A stretch of 64,000 nt of DNA from Deltaproteobacteria bacterium (GTDB lineage Bacteria > Myxococcota > Kuafuiibacteriia > Kuafuiibacteriales > Kuafuiibacteriaceae), in NCBI GenBank assembly GCA_040218735.1, contig JAVJQW010000017.1, positions 128,001 through 192,000 of the forward strand, read 5' to 3'. Shown here one piece after another: positions 28,875 through 39,409 of the stretch (position 1 is the stretch's first letter; each line of letters opens with the position of its first letter). The notes below the pieces were generated by a model. It searched no databases and was not told the origin of the DNA. It was given only the letters and a program-made list of their open reading frames with translations. A program made the translations under genes and the position numbers.

Positions 28875-31800
28875 TGCCAGCATCGCAGTCGGTGGCGGCT
28901 CCGGAACGCATCCCCGACGCCATCGGGCCGTACCAGATCCTCGAACCGCTCGGACGTGGCGGCATGGGCGTCGTCTACCGGGCCGCCCACGAACGCACCG
29001 GTGCGCTCGCCGCGCTGAAGACCGTGCTCGTCCCTTCGGGCCGTCACCTCGGCGCCATCCGTCGCGAGATCCAGGCGCTCGCACGCGTGCAGCACCCCGG
29101 CATCGTGCGCATCATGGACGAGGGCGTCGATGATCGCGGCCTGCCCTGGTACGCGATGGAGCTGTTGCACGGGATGTCGCTGCGCGACTACCGCTTCACG
29201 CCGTCCTCGATGACCCCCGACCGCGACGTCGTCACGCGTTCGGCGAGCGACGCCCCCGCCACCGAACCCGTCGTCGCACCGACCGCTCCGTTGCCGCGGC
29301 ACATGTGGAAGCCGGTGCTCAGCATCTTCCGGAAGCTGTGCGCTCCGCTCGCGTACGTACACGGCGAGGGGCTCGTGCACTGCGACCTCAAACCCGAGAA
29401 CGTCTTCCTCCGCTTCGACCTGCACCCCGTGCTCGTGGACTTCGGTCTGATGTCGCGCTTCGGGAGTGATCTGCACCGGGAGATCCTGAACGTCGATCTG
29501 TTCATGGGCACCGCCGAGTACATGGCGCCCGAGCAGTGGGAGGGGAAGCCGGTCGACGCGCGCACGGATCTGTACGCGCTCGGCTGCATCCTGTTCGAAG
29601 CGATCGCCGGCGAGCCGCCGTTCGTCGGCAAACGCAGCGAGCTCTACCGCGCGCACCTTTCGAAACCCGCACCCCGCCGGAGCGCGCCGACGGCATCCCC
29701 GAGGATCTCGACGACCTCGTGCTGAGGCTCCTCGCGAAGCGCCCGCGCGATCGCATCGGACACGCCGACGAAGTCGCGCGCCTCCTCGCGATCCTCGGGG
29801 CGGAGGGCCCGCGCGAGGTCGGCCCCACCGCGCGGCCCTACCTGTTCCGCCCCTCGTTCTCCGGGCGCGGACAGGCCACCCACGAGGTCATCGAGCTCGT
29901 GGCCGGCGGCTCCGAAGACGGGCGCGTCGTCGTGCTCGAGGGTGAGAGCGGCGTGGGCAAGACACGCCTCGCGATGGAAGCCGCACGGATGTCGAAGCGC
30001 GGCGGCGTACGGGTGCTGACCGGCGAGTGCTCGCCGATCCTCCACGACCAGCCGCACGCGCGCGGGTCGGTCCTGCACCCGTTCAAGTCGATCCTCCTGC
30101 ACATCACGGATCTCGTCCGTGAGCGTGGTGATGCGGCGTTCGATCGTCTGGTCGACGGGCGCGCGCGGATCCTCGCGCGCGTCGAGCCGCAGATCGCGAC
30201 GCTCCCCCAGATCGAGCGCGTGCCGGAGCTCATCTCGCTGTCCGTCGACGCGGAGCGCGCGCGCATGCTGAGCGCGCTGGTCGCGACGTTGTCGGTGCTC
30301 GGCGAGGACCAGCGAACCTTCATCGTCATCGACGACATCCAGTGGGCCGACGAGCTCACGTTGGAGCTGCTGCACCTGCTCGTGCGTCGGCGCAGCGCGT
30401 GGCGCAACGTCGTGGTCCTGGCGACGTGTCGCACGGAGGAGATGCCCGAGAGCGTGCGCCGCCTGACGGAGATCGATGAGGTCGGCCACGTCCGCCTCGC
30501 GCGCCTCGGTCCGCGCGCGGTGGAGACGGTCGTGTCGGAGATGCTCGGCTTCCCGCCGCCCGACACGTTCGCGACGTTCATGGCGGAGCAGACGGGCGGC
30601 AATCCGTTCTTCGTGGCGGAGTACCTGCGCGCGGCGATGACCCGCGGCCTGTTGATGCGCGACGGCCAGGGCAAGTGGTCCGTGACGCTGCAGGAAGGCA
30701 ACTACGACGCGCTCGGGTTGCCAAACACGCTCGTCGACGTCCTCGCGCTGCGGCTCGACACGCTCGGCGAAGACGCGCGTGCGTTCGTCGACGCGGCGGC
30801 GGTGCTCGGTCGCGAGGCGGCGCCGCACATCACGCAGCACGTCGCCAAGCGCGCCGACCGGACGACGCGCGTCGGCATCGAGGAGCTCCTCCGCAAGCAG
30901 ATCCTCACGGAGGCCGGCGACGGGCGGCTCCGTTTCTCACACGACAAACTCCGCGAGGTCACCTACGACAACATCGACGAGGCGCACCGCCCCGCGCTCC
31001 ACCGGCGCGCCGCCGAGGCGATCGAAGCGCTCGCGAAGACCCCATCCCCCGCCGCCCTCGCGTACCACTGGGAAGAAGGCGGCCACCCGGAGCGTGCGGT
31101 CGACTACCTCGAGCAGGCCGCGGAGCTCGCGATCGACGCCGGCGCGCATCGGGACGGTGCGACGCACCTCGCGCGCCTCCTCACGCTCGCGGAGAAGCCG
31201 ACCGGCGACGTCGAAGAGCGGCACCGCACCGCACGCTGGCATCGGCAGCTCGGCGCCGCGCACCTCGCGTCGGGGGATCTCGAGACGTCGCGCGTACACT
31301 CCAGCCGCGCGTTGTCGCTGCTCGCGCTCGACCCGCCGCAGTCGACGGGCGAGTGGGCGATGAAGCTCGCCACGGAGCTGCTCCGGCAGGTCGCGCACCG
31401 GCTGCTCCCGCCGCGTTTTTACCAAGAGCCGACGTCGAAGGCGCTCCTCGCGGAGGCGACGCAGGCGAGCGGCACGATCGCGCGCGTCGCGTTCTTCGAG
31501 AACGACGCGCTGCAGATCGTCGCGAGCGCGTTGTGGTCGATCAACCTCGCGGAGCGCGCGAGTCACCTCCTGGAGGCGGCGCGAAACTACAGCGGCCTCG
31601 GCTGGGTCTTCGGGCTCTCGGGGCTCCATCAGATCGCGGACGGGTACTTCGACCGCGCGCGTGCGACGGGCATCGAGCAGCGCGACTACAACGGCCTCGT
31701 CTTCAGCCTCACCTCGGAGGCGGTGTACCGGATCGGGCGGGGCCAGTGGGATCGTGCGACGCGGGTGTTGTCGGAGTGTGACGCTCCGCTGGAGGAGCTC

Positions 31801-32451
31801 AAGGATCCGCAAGCCCGAGAGCTCGTCGAGACGCTGCGTGGACACCCGGAGTACTTCGCCGGTCGCTACGACGACGCCATCGCGCGGCACCGGTTCGTCC
31901 TCGACTCCGCACGTCAGCGCGAGAACCGACAACACGAAGCGTGGAGCCTCTACTGCGCCGCGCGGTCCGCGCTCGAGCTGGAGCGCTACGCGGAGGCGAT
32001 CGAAGATCTCGAAGCATCCGCGAAGATCCTCGAGGACGTCCCCGACCTCATGTCCGAGGTCACGTGTTACGGCCTCCTCGCGAGCGCGCGGTGCCGCGTC
32101 CGCGACCTCGACGGCGCGATGGCGGCGGCGGCGCGCGCCGAGCAGGCGATCGGGACACGCGCGCCGACGGTGTTCCTGATGCTCCACGGCTACGAAGGCA
32201 TCGTGGAGGTCGCCATCACCCGCCTCGCGGCCGCTGATCGCAAGGACAGGGGCGCGCGCGAGGCGGAGGCACGCCGGGCGCTGCGACGTTTTGCTTCCGC
32301 GGCCCGCACGTTCGTCGTCGGCGCACCACGTGTTGCACGTTGGCGCTCTCGTTATTTCGAAGTGGTCGGCGACGTTGCGCGCGCGAAACGGTGGGGCACC
32401 CGCGAGTCCACGCTCGCACGCGAGCTCGGGCTCCCCGTCGCTTCGCGCTGA
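28874..32451 (+). pseudogene. Ser/Thr kinase-AAA ATPase-TPR protein interrupted by a frameshift near 29660-29700 (pseudogene or sequence error)
   Basis: Kinase (LGRGGMGVVY, HCDLKPEN, DFG, YMAPE) in ORF 28634..29725; kinase subdomain XI (LDDLVLRLLAKRPRDR), Walker A GESGVGKT, Walker B IDDIQWAD, GGNPFF and TPRs continue in ORF 29536..32451. Confidence 0.85.
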
Positions 32452-32505
32452 GCGGCGCTCGAGACCCTTGCGATCGCCGGCGCCTGCTCCCACGATCGAC
32501 GCAGC

Positions 32506-34839
32506 GTGTTACCGGCGAACGAAGTCTACTACTACGAGGTCGGTGAGGGCCGCTGGAACGGCAAGTTCTCGTTTCGTGTCGATGAATGGCGCGGCTTCTT
32601 CGCCGCCAACCTGGGGTTGCAGGACCGACTGCTCGGAGTCCTGCTGCACGTCGTCGGCCTCCTGCCGGGCGACGCGATCATGTACGGCGAGATCGCGTGT
32701 GACCCGCACGAGGGAGATTCGGGCGTCGCGCGTGTCGATGTTTCGGTGGAGCGCTTCGGTCTGGAGATCTATCGCCTCCGTGGCCACTACGCGCTCGTCG
32801 ACGACGGCGTGGGCGTCGGCATACGGATCTACCAACGCTTCGGTCCGTACGGCTCGCCGCTCGAGAACGAGAAGGACGCGACCGCCGAGATCCTCGAGGG
32901 CGGTTACCTCGGCGTCTACTACATGAAGATCCTCGGCGAGGACTGGGTCGGGAAGTACCGCCTGAACCCGAACCATCGCCGCCTCGAAGCCGAGTACAAG
33001 TGCGAGTGGGGGACGACGATCGAGATCATGGATCGCCAGGTCGCGGTGAAGCCCGAAACGCGCCGCGAGCGACTCCGCTACGAGACCCTCCTCGACGTCG
33101 CGCGCGAGCTCGAAGCGCTCGACCGCATCTACGAGGACGATGACGACGGACGCGCCCTCTTCACGTACGCCTACGGCGTCGTCACCCGGACCATCGCGTT
33201 CGAGCTCACGCAGACGGCCTTCGACGATCCCGACTGGGTCGTCGCCGTCGCGCGTGCGTTTGCGTGGCGCTACATCGCAGCAACCGAAGCCTACGACCGC
33301 GGCGACGCGCCGCCCGGCTGGGCGCGGGTGTTCGACGTCCTGAGAGAGCGGCGCCTCAGCGGCGTCGCCGAGATCGTCCTCTGCATCCTCGCGCACATCC
33401 TCTACGACCTCCCGTTTGTGTTGATGGAGGTCGGCCTCGTCGATCACCGCGGCGTACCTCGCACCGCCGACTATCACCTGATGAACGACGTGCTCTGTAG
33501 TTCGATCGAACCGCTACAGCAGCGCCTCGCCGCGCGCTACAGCCCGGTGTTCCTCGTGCTGGACAAGATCGGCTCGGACTTCGACGAGCTGTTGTCCCGC
33601 GCCGGCGTGACGCACATCCGCGCGCTCGCGTGGTACTCCGCCCAGCGCCTCGCGGACGGCGCACGACGGGCGGAGGTCATGGCCGAGCTCGAGGGACAGA
33701 TCGACGATGTCATCGACACGATCCTCGGCCGTGACTTCCCCACGCGTTTGACGATGCGCGTCGTGCATCGCTCACTCCGCCTGCTTCGACGGCGCCCGAA
33801 GTACCCGAACATGAGGAACTTCGTTCACGCCGATCGGCCGCAACGAACGCAGCGCGCTCCCGACCGCGAGGAGGATCTCCTCTACGGCATTCACACCGCA
33901 GTGGGCCTGAAGCGCAAGGGCGTGGACGCGCCGACGCTGCGGCGGGAGGTCTTGGACGCCGCCGAGCACACACCGTTGTCGCGGGCGCTGAACGACGTCG
34001 CGCTACGCCTCGCGAGCGTCCGCGACTGGGAGCGCGCGAAGACGGTGGCCAAGAGCTCCCAAGACTTCGCGTGGCGCCTCGGTGCGCTGCTCCCCCAGCT
34101 CTCCAGCAACGACGGAGTCCCCTTCGACGTCGACGCGCTGGGCCTCGACGACGCGTGGTCCAACGCGGTGAAGCACCTTCAGGCGGCACTGCAAGACGGC
34201 TTGCGCGACGGCTTCGACTCCGTGTCGGACGCAATCGAATCGGCGGTAGGAGCGCTCGACGCGGTCGGCGTCCCCGCCTCGGCGACGCTCGGCGGCTTCG
34301 ACGATCTGCGCGCTTCCTACGACCCGCTCACCGACACCTTCGTCGCGGAGGTGCCAGCGCTGATCCGCGTGCCCTTCGACGACATCAAGTGGCTGATCGA
34401 ACCGCAGAACTGGGCGCGACTCATCCCGCACATGCTCCGATCGGATTGGGTCGAAGGACCCCACGCCGACCGAAGCGGCATCCTCTACGAAGTCGTGAAC
34501 GTCTACCACCCGTTCGTCGACCGACACCCGCTCGTGATGGTGAACGAGCTCGCGGTCGAACAACACGACACCCCCGACGAACGCGTCGTGAAGTATCGTC
34601 TGCACAAGGCCATCGAGGGGGCGCTCCTCGTCGACGAGGGCACCATCTCGCTGAAGCGCATGCCCGCGAACGCGTCGCTGCTGTTGACCAAGAAGACGCT
34701 GAAGGTCGACGGCGGCCGGAACCCAGTGCTCTACGCGCTCCTCCGCACCAACCCGGACGGGCTCGCCTACCTCTTCACGTACTGGGTCAACACTGTCGCC
34801 CGTCGATTTGGCGGGCCGAATGGGGCCCCATCGGCGTAG
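32506..34839 (+). CDS. Multidomain protein: unknown beta-rich N-domain, DUF5995-like domain, START/SRPBCC-like C-domain
   Basis: Middle: LFTYAYGVVTR...FDDPDWV...FAWRY...AHILYDLP...DYHLMNDVL; C-terminal: LIEPQNW...LYEVV...VDEGTI...TKKTL. Domain names recalled from motifs only. Confidence 0.6.
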   Translation: MLPANEVYYYEVGEGRWNGKFSFRVDEWRGFFAANLGLQDRLLGVLLHVVGLLPGDAIMYGEIACDPHEGDSGVARVDVSVERFGLEIYRLRGHYALVDDGVGVGIRIYQRFGPYGSPLENEKDATAEILEGGYLGVYYMKILGEDWVGKYRLNPNHRRLEAEYKCEWGTTIEIMDRQVAVKPETRRERLRYETLLDVARELEALDRIYEDDDDGRALFTYAYGVVTRTIAFELTQTAFDDPDWVVAVARAFAWRYIAATEAYDRGDAPPGWARVFDVLRERRLSGVAEIVLCILAHILYDLPFVLMEVGLVDHRGVPRTADYHLMNDVLCSSIEPLQQRLAARYSPVFLVLDKIGSDFDELLSRAGVTHIRALAWYSAQRLADGARRAEVMAELEGQIDDVIDTILGRDFPTRLTMRVVHRSLRLLRRRPKYPNMRNFVHADRPQRTQRAPDREEDLLYGIHTAVGLKRKGVDAPTLRREVLDAAEHTPLSRALNDVALRLASVRDWERAKTVAKSSQDFAWRLGALLPQLSSNDGVPFDVDALGLDDAWSNAVKHLQAALQDGLRDGFDSVSDAIESAVGALDAVGVPASATLGGFDDLRASYDPLTDTFVAEVPALIRVPFDDIKWLIEPQNWARLIPHMLRSDWVEGPHADRSGILYEVVNVYHPFVDRHPLVMVNELAVEQHDTPDERVVKYRLHKAIEGALLVDEGTISLKRMPANASLLLTKKTLKVDGGRNPVLYALLRTNPDGLAYLFTYWVNTVARRFGGPNGAPSA

Positions 34840-34850
34840 AAAGGAGCGAC

Positions 34851-35375
34851 GTGGCCCGCGTCCTGCCCATCGCCCTGGTGGCGACCGTCGCCGTCGCGTG
34901 CGGCGACGACCCGACCGACGTCACCTCAGACGAGCTCCAAGCCCACTGCGAGCGACGCTGCGAGTTCCAGGCGACGTGTGTCCCGGAGCTTCGCGACATC
35001 ATCCAGCAGTGCATCACGCAGTGCCGCGCGAGCTTCGACGACACCGAGGCCTTCACGCAGACCTGCACCGAGGCCGACGTCCGCATCCCGAACGACCCGC
35101 CCGGCCCGTACCTGGTGCACTCGGTGGTGACCTACCAGTCCTGCCTGATCGACCGCGGCTGCGACACGATGGCCGAGCCCTGTCCGGAGTCGCGCGAGCT
35201 CTGCCTCGACGACCTCGACCCCGCGATCCGCTGCCGACGCGATCGCTCGAAGGCGTACACGGCGTGCAGCGAGGATCACACCGCGTGCATCGTCGCGATG
35301 ATGGGCGACGTCTGCGCTCCGCGACTGCGCCGCTGTTACGATGAGGCGGCGCAACGCTTCATGGACTGCGGTTAG
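34851..35375 (+). CDS. Cys-rich lipoprotein
   Basis: GTG after AAGGAG; lipobox AVAC; many CxxxC pairs (CERRC, CITQC). Confidence 0.8.
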   Translation: MARVLPIALVATVAVACGDDPTDVTSDELQAHCERRCEFQATCVPELRDIIQQCITQCRASFDDTEAFTQTCTEADVRIPNDPPGPYLVHSVVTYQSCLIDRGCDTMAEPCPESRELCLDDLDPAIRCRRDRSKAYTACSEDHTACIVAMMGDVCAPRLRRCYDEAAQRFMDCG

Positions 35376-37330
35376 TCGAAGTCGCCGACGATCAGCACGT
35401 CACCGCCGAGGATCCCGCGCGCCGCGCGCAAGCCCGACATCACCGCCGCCTCGACGCTCCCGACGTTCATGCCGGTGCGGGTCCAGTCGCCCGCGAGGTA
35501 GAGGTGACCGAAGCCCGACCGGTCGGAGGGGCGCCGGTGGCGGCCCGTACCGGGGAGCGACAAGACGTAGCGGTCCGAGGGGCGGACGTTCACGCGGTCG
35601 TAGCGGTCCACGATCTTCTCCGTCGCGAGCGCGCCGCGATCCATCGCTCCGGGGAGGAGGTGCGCGAGGTGATCGTGGAACCAGCGATCGGCGTCGCGCC
35701 GTTGACGCGCGGGCATGAGCGCCGGCTCTTCGTGGTCTTCGATCGATCCGACGAAGTAGGAACACGCGCGTGCGTCGGGGAACGACTCCACCTCCAGTAA
35801 ATGGGACATGTCGGCGAAGGTGTCGAGCGACTCCTCGTAGGCGGTCGCCACGGCGGGCCCCTGATCCCAGCCCATGTGCGCGTGCGGTGAGGACCACCAA
35901 ACTTGGACCGACTGCGTGGCCGTCGTCCCGATCTTCGCGAGCATCTCGCGCCAGCCCGGATCCACGCGTGACAGGGACTCGGTGATGGGTCCGAGCCCCC
36001 CGATCGAGATCGCGAGCACGACCTCGTCGAAGTCTTCACCGGCGCGCAACGTTCGACGTCGCTCGGATGGCACCGACGCGGGCGCCTCGAGGTCGAGCGC
36101 GGTCGGCTCGTCGGAGGCGATCTGCGACCACAGCGGTTCGTGCGGCCAACAGTCGAGCTCGCCGACGCGCACCAGCGGTTCGTAGTCCGCGCCGGAGGAC
36201 AGCTGGACCTGCTCGGTGACATCGACGTGTGTGACGACGCGTTGGGCATCGACGTGCACCGCGTCGACGCGGTGGAAGAACCTGAACTTCACGCCGCGGT
36301 CGCGCAACACCTTGTACATCGGCGTGAACACCGTCTCACCCATGCCTGCCGTCATCTTGAAGAACACCGAGCCGCGGAACGTGAGGTTGAGCCGGACCAG
36401 GCCGTTGAGCGCCGCGGCGGCGGAGCCTTCGTGTCCACTGTTGAACACTGCATCGCCGAGCCCCCGAGTGATGCAGGACTGCGCGGTCATCGGGCGCGCG
36501 CCGTGTTTTTGGAGCCAGTCCGGGTAGTGGTGGTGGTCGATGCGTTGGAGGTTCTCGAGCCAGTCCGCGTACGTGAGGTCTCGCGGGCGCCCGGCGGGCG
36601 GGACGAGGAGCCCCTCGCGGAGGATGCCAACGAGGTTCGAGACCATGAAGTCGAGCGTGAGGAGGAAGTGCCGCGTCGCGGCGTCGTCGAGTTTGTGACC
36701 GCGCGTGAGCCACGCGACGCGACGGATCCCATCGAGCGCGCTCGCTGCCACGCGATGTAACACCGGCGAACCGAACATCGCGGACCACGCGAGCTCGAAC
36801 GGTCTTCGAAAGATCGAATCGATCTGGGGCGGCCGAGCGACGGACGAAGGGCCCCACGGGACGTCGTCGTCCGCGGGCGTGAGGATGCGTCCGAGCCACC
36901 GCATCATCGCGCGCATGAGCTCGTCGGGTGACGCGACGTCGTCGTGCTCGCCCGGGCGAGTATCGAGCACCGGAAACGTCGTGGCCCAGTGGTGCCACTT
37001 CCCCGCGTAGCGTTCCTCGAGCACGGTGGTGTCGTGCGGCGCGAACGCGTCGTGCCAGTCGAGATCGAGCGCGCCGTAGCAGTCACGAATCACCCGGAAC
37101 GCGTTTTCGTAGCACCCCATCCACAGGTGCAGGCCGTGCTCCTCGATACGTTGGTGCTGCTCCGGGTTGCGGCTGCTCGCGCCCTTGCCACCGAGACGCC
37201 ACCCAATCTGGTACACCGTCACTTCATAGGCGTCGCGCCGCTCGGGGCGTGTGAGCTCGTAGGCGGCCGTCAGGCCGGCCATCCCGCCGCCGAGGATCAC
37301 AACCTTCTTCTTCGCCACGGTGGGCTGCAT
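35372..37330 (-). CDS. FAD/NAD(P)-binding oxidoreductase, carotenoid-desaturase/HpnE-like superfamily
   Basis: VVILGGGMAGLTAAYEL, WRLGGKGAS, EEHGLHLWMGCYENAF, LYLAGDW, VEAAVMSG. Confidence 0.85.
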   Translation of the reverse strand: MQPTVAKKKVVILGGGMAGLTAAYELTRPERRDAYEVTVYQIGWRLGGKGASSRNPEQHQRIEEHGLHLWMGCYENAFRVIRDCYGALDLDWHDAFAPHDTTVLEERYAGKWHHWATTFPVLDTRPGEHDDVASPDELMRAMMRWLGRILTPADDDVPWGPSSVARPPQIDSIFRRPFELAWSAMFGSPVLHRVAASALDGIRRVAWLTRGHKLDDAATRHFLLTLDFMVSNLVGILREGLLVPPAGRPRDLTYADWLENLQRIDHHHYPDWLQKHGARPMTAQSCITRGLGDAVFNSGHEGSAAAALNGLVRLNLTFRGSVFFKMTAGMGETVFTPMYKVLRDRGVKFRFFHRVDAVHVDAQRVVTHVDVTEQVQLSSGADYEPLVRVGELDCWPHEPLWSQIASDEPTALDLEAPASVPSERRRTLRAGEDFDEVVLAISIGGLGPITESLSRVDPGWREMLAKIGTTATQSVQVWWSSPHAHMGWDQGPAVATAYEESLDTFADMSHLLEVESFPDARACSYFVGSIEDHEEPALMPARQRRDADRWFHDHLAHLLPGAMDRGALATEKIVDRYDRVNVRPSDRYVLSLPGTGRHRRPSDRSGFGHLYLAGDWTRTGMNVGSVEAAVMSGLRAARGILGGDVLIVGDFD

Positions 37331-37350
37331 ACCGACATCGGCCAGCGCGC

Positions 37351-37377
37351 TCAAGCCGCGCGCGGACACGCCGATCT
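37351..37377 (+). promoter_or_regulatory. Sigma-28 (FliA)-type promoter for the PilZ gene
   Basis: TCAA-N15-GCCGATCT ending 14 nt before ATG 37392. Confidence 0.7.
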
Positions 37378-37391
37378 TCGATGGAGAGACC

Positions 37392-38276
37392 ATGCGCCAT
37401 CACCCACGATTCGAGCGTTCGTGCGATGTCTTCCTCCGCATCTCCGGACGCGCCGACCTCCAGAAAGCCCTCCTCAAGGACATCTCCAACGGAGGTTTGT
37501 TCGTCGAGGTCGCAGCTCCGCCCGCGTACGGCCTCGTCGTCCACGTGACGGTCGAGACCCAGACGGGCCCGCTCGAGCTGCCCGCCAAGGTTGTTCACGT
37601 GCTCGACCCGTCGACGGCGGAGGCGTACGGCCGCACGGCGGGGATCGGGCTGGAATTCGAGGGGCTGTCGGCGGCGCAGCGCGCCCAGCTCGAGACCTTC
37701 GTCGATGCGCTCGCCGTCGGCTTCGACGGCGAGGCGCCGGCGCGGCTCGTCCCGGACCCCAACGCGCCGATCGCGATTCGAGTGGCGACGCGCGTGCTGG
37801 ATCATTGTGAGCAGGACGACTTGTACGGCGCGCTCGGCGTCGAACCGACCGTCGCGCTCCACGCGCTGCATGATGCGATCGATGAGACCCTCGCGGTGCT
37901 CGCGCCCGACAACGACGTGTCTCCGGCGCTCGTCGCCCGCATCGGTCACGCGCGTTCGCTCGCGAAGCGCATCGCCGTCCTCATGCGTGACGACGACCGC
38001 CGCCTGCACTACGACTTCCGGCACGGCTACCTGCAGCCGGCGACGCGGCTCGCACACGCCTCAGCGCAGGAGGCCGAGCGCCTACGAAACGTTTGGCACC
38101 GTGTCTTTCACGGCGCGCTGAACGTGGCGGTCGGTCATGCGAAGGACGCGCTGCGCGCGGAGGCTCGCGCCGACTTCACGTCGGCGCTGGAGCTCGGGCA
38201 GGTGGCGCTGGAGTCGGACCCCTTCAACCTCGCGCTGAGGGCCGCGGTGGAGCGGTGGTCACAGCGCGCCGCTTGA
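37392..38276 (+). CDS. PilZ-domain protein with degenerate J-domain-like and TPR-like regions
   Basis: RHHPR (RxxxR), DISNGG (DxSxxG), GIGLEF; DLYGALGV...RRLHYD; C-terminal ALELGQVALESDPFN. Confidence 0.85.
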   Translation: MRHHPRFERSCDVFLRISGRADLQKALLKDISNGGLFVEVAAPPAYGLVVHVTVETQTGPLELPAKVVHVLDPSTAEAYGRTAGIGLEFEGLSAAQRAQLETFVDALAVGFDGEAPARLVPDPNAPIAIRVATRVLDHCEQDDLYGALGVEPTVALHALHDAIDETLAVLAPDNDVSPALVARIGHARSLAKRIAVLMRDDDRRLHYDFRHGYLQPATRLAHASAQEAERLRNVWHRVFHGALNVAVGHAKDALRAEARADFTSALELGQVALESDPFNLALRAAVERWSQRAA

Positions 38277-38288
38277 GGCGGCGCGGAT

Positions 38289-39293
38289 TCAGAAGAGCTC
38301 GATGGCGCCGGCGTCCATGTCGATCTGTTCGACGGGGGCCGACGTGGCGTTTTCGTCGGTGAGGAGCGAACGCAGGTGCGCGACATAGGAGGCATCGTCC
38401 GTCGCGACGGCCGCGTCGATCTTCGCGCGCGGCAGGACGCCGTCCATCTTGTCGAGGCGTTGCTCCACGTGGGCGAGGAGCTGCGTGACCATGTCTTCGA
38501 ACTGCAAGGAGCGAATGGCGGCGGCCGTGTCGTCGTCGACCTGGTGCGTGAGCTCCGAGACGCGGGAGAGGACGCCGGCGATCTCGTCATCCGTGTCCCT
38601 CAGCGCGTCGAGCATGTCGTTGACGCTGGTCTTGGCGTCGAGCGCGACGTTCATGTCCTGCGAGGCCATCTCGCCGATCGCGGTGCGGACCTCCGAGACG
38701 TGCTGGCGGGCGAACTCGATGCGCCCAGCGATCGCCTCGTTGAGGACCTTGGCGTCCTTCGCGAGGCTGCGCACTTCGCTCGCAACGACCGCGAAGCCCT
38801 TGCCCGCGTCCCCGGCGCGCGCCGCTTCCAGCGAAGCGTTGATCGCGAGGATGTTCGTGTCCTCCGCGATCGCGTCGACCTTGGAGATCAGGTCGAAGAT
38901 GTGATCCATCTGCCCGACCATCTCGTCGATCTTGAAGGCGATCGTGACGCTCTGCTTGGAGAAGTGGGCGACGACGTCGGCGAAGGTCTGCAGCACGACG
39001 GACGTCTGGTTGACGAAGTCGCGCATGTTGAGCGCAGGCGACCCCTCGGAGTCACCGTCACCGTCGGCGCTCAACTTGATGCCCTCCAGGAGGACGCTGA
39101 CTTCCGTGCGCTGCGCCCGCGTGCTGTCCGAGACGGACTGAAAGCTCGCGTAGAGCTGCCCGACCGCTTCGTTGAGGAGCTTGTTGGCGCGCTGAAGATG
39201 TCCGCGCAGGTCGGCGACCTCCCCCGTCTGCTTTTCGACGATGGCATCGAGGAGGTCTTCGACATGCGAGCGGTCGATTGCGGGTTCGCTCAT
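38289..39293 (-). CDS. Soluble, sensorless methyl-accepting chemotaxis protein
   Basis: [37 protein letters not shown] signalling tip; no TM helix; C-terminal GAIELF. Confidence 0.92.
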   Translation of the reverse strand: MSEPAIDRSHVEDLLDAIVEKQTGEVADLRGHLQRANKLLNEAVGQLYASFQSVSDSTRAQRTEVSVLLEGIKLSADGDGDSEGSPALNMRDFVNQTSVVLQTFADVVAHFSKQSVTIAFKIDEMVGQMDHIFDLISKVDAIAEDTNILAINASLEAARAGDAGKGFAVVASEVRSLAKDAKVLNEAIAGRIEFARQHVSEVRTAIGEMASQDMNVALDAKTSVNDMLDALRDTDDEIAGVLSRVSELTHQVDDDTAAAIRSLQFEDMVTQLLAHVEQRLDKMDGVLPRAKIDAAVATDDASYVAHLRSLLTDENATSAPVEQIDMDAGAIELF

Positions 39294-39306
39294 GGTCCAC
39301 CGTGCT

Positions 39307-39333
39307 CAATCGGACAGGCCCCCCGCGAGTTGA
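39307..39333 (-). promoter_or_regulatory. Sigma-28-type promoter for the MCP gene
   Basis: Minus strand TCAA-N15-TCCGATTG ending 13 nt before ATG 39293. Confidence 0.6.
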
Positions 39334-39369
39334 GCCGAGGCGCCCGAGGATCTGAATTCTGTCCCCGAC

Positions 39370-39396
39370 TCATACCCGCCCTTCCCGCGCCGATAT
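39370..39396 (+). promoter_or_regulatory. Sigma-28-type promoter for the cheA operon
   Basis: TCAT-N15-GCCGATAT ending 13 nt before ATG 39410. Confidence 0.7.
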
Positions 39397-39409
39397 CAGG
39401 GCAGAAGAC

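Noticed and set aside
29650-29700. Programmed -1 ribosomal frameshift in the kinase gene
   Set aside because: No in-phase X XXY YYZ slippery heptamer found; mutation or assembly error is simpler.
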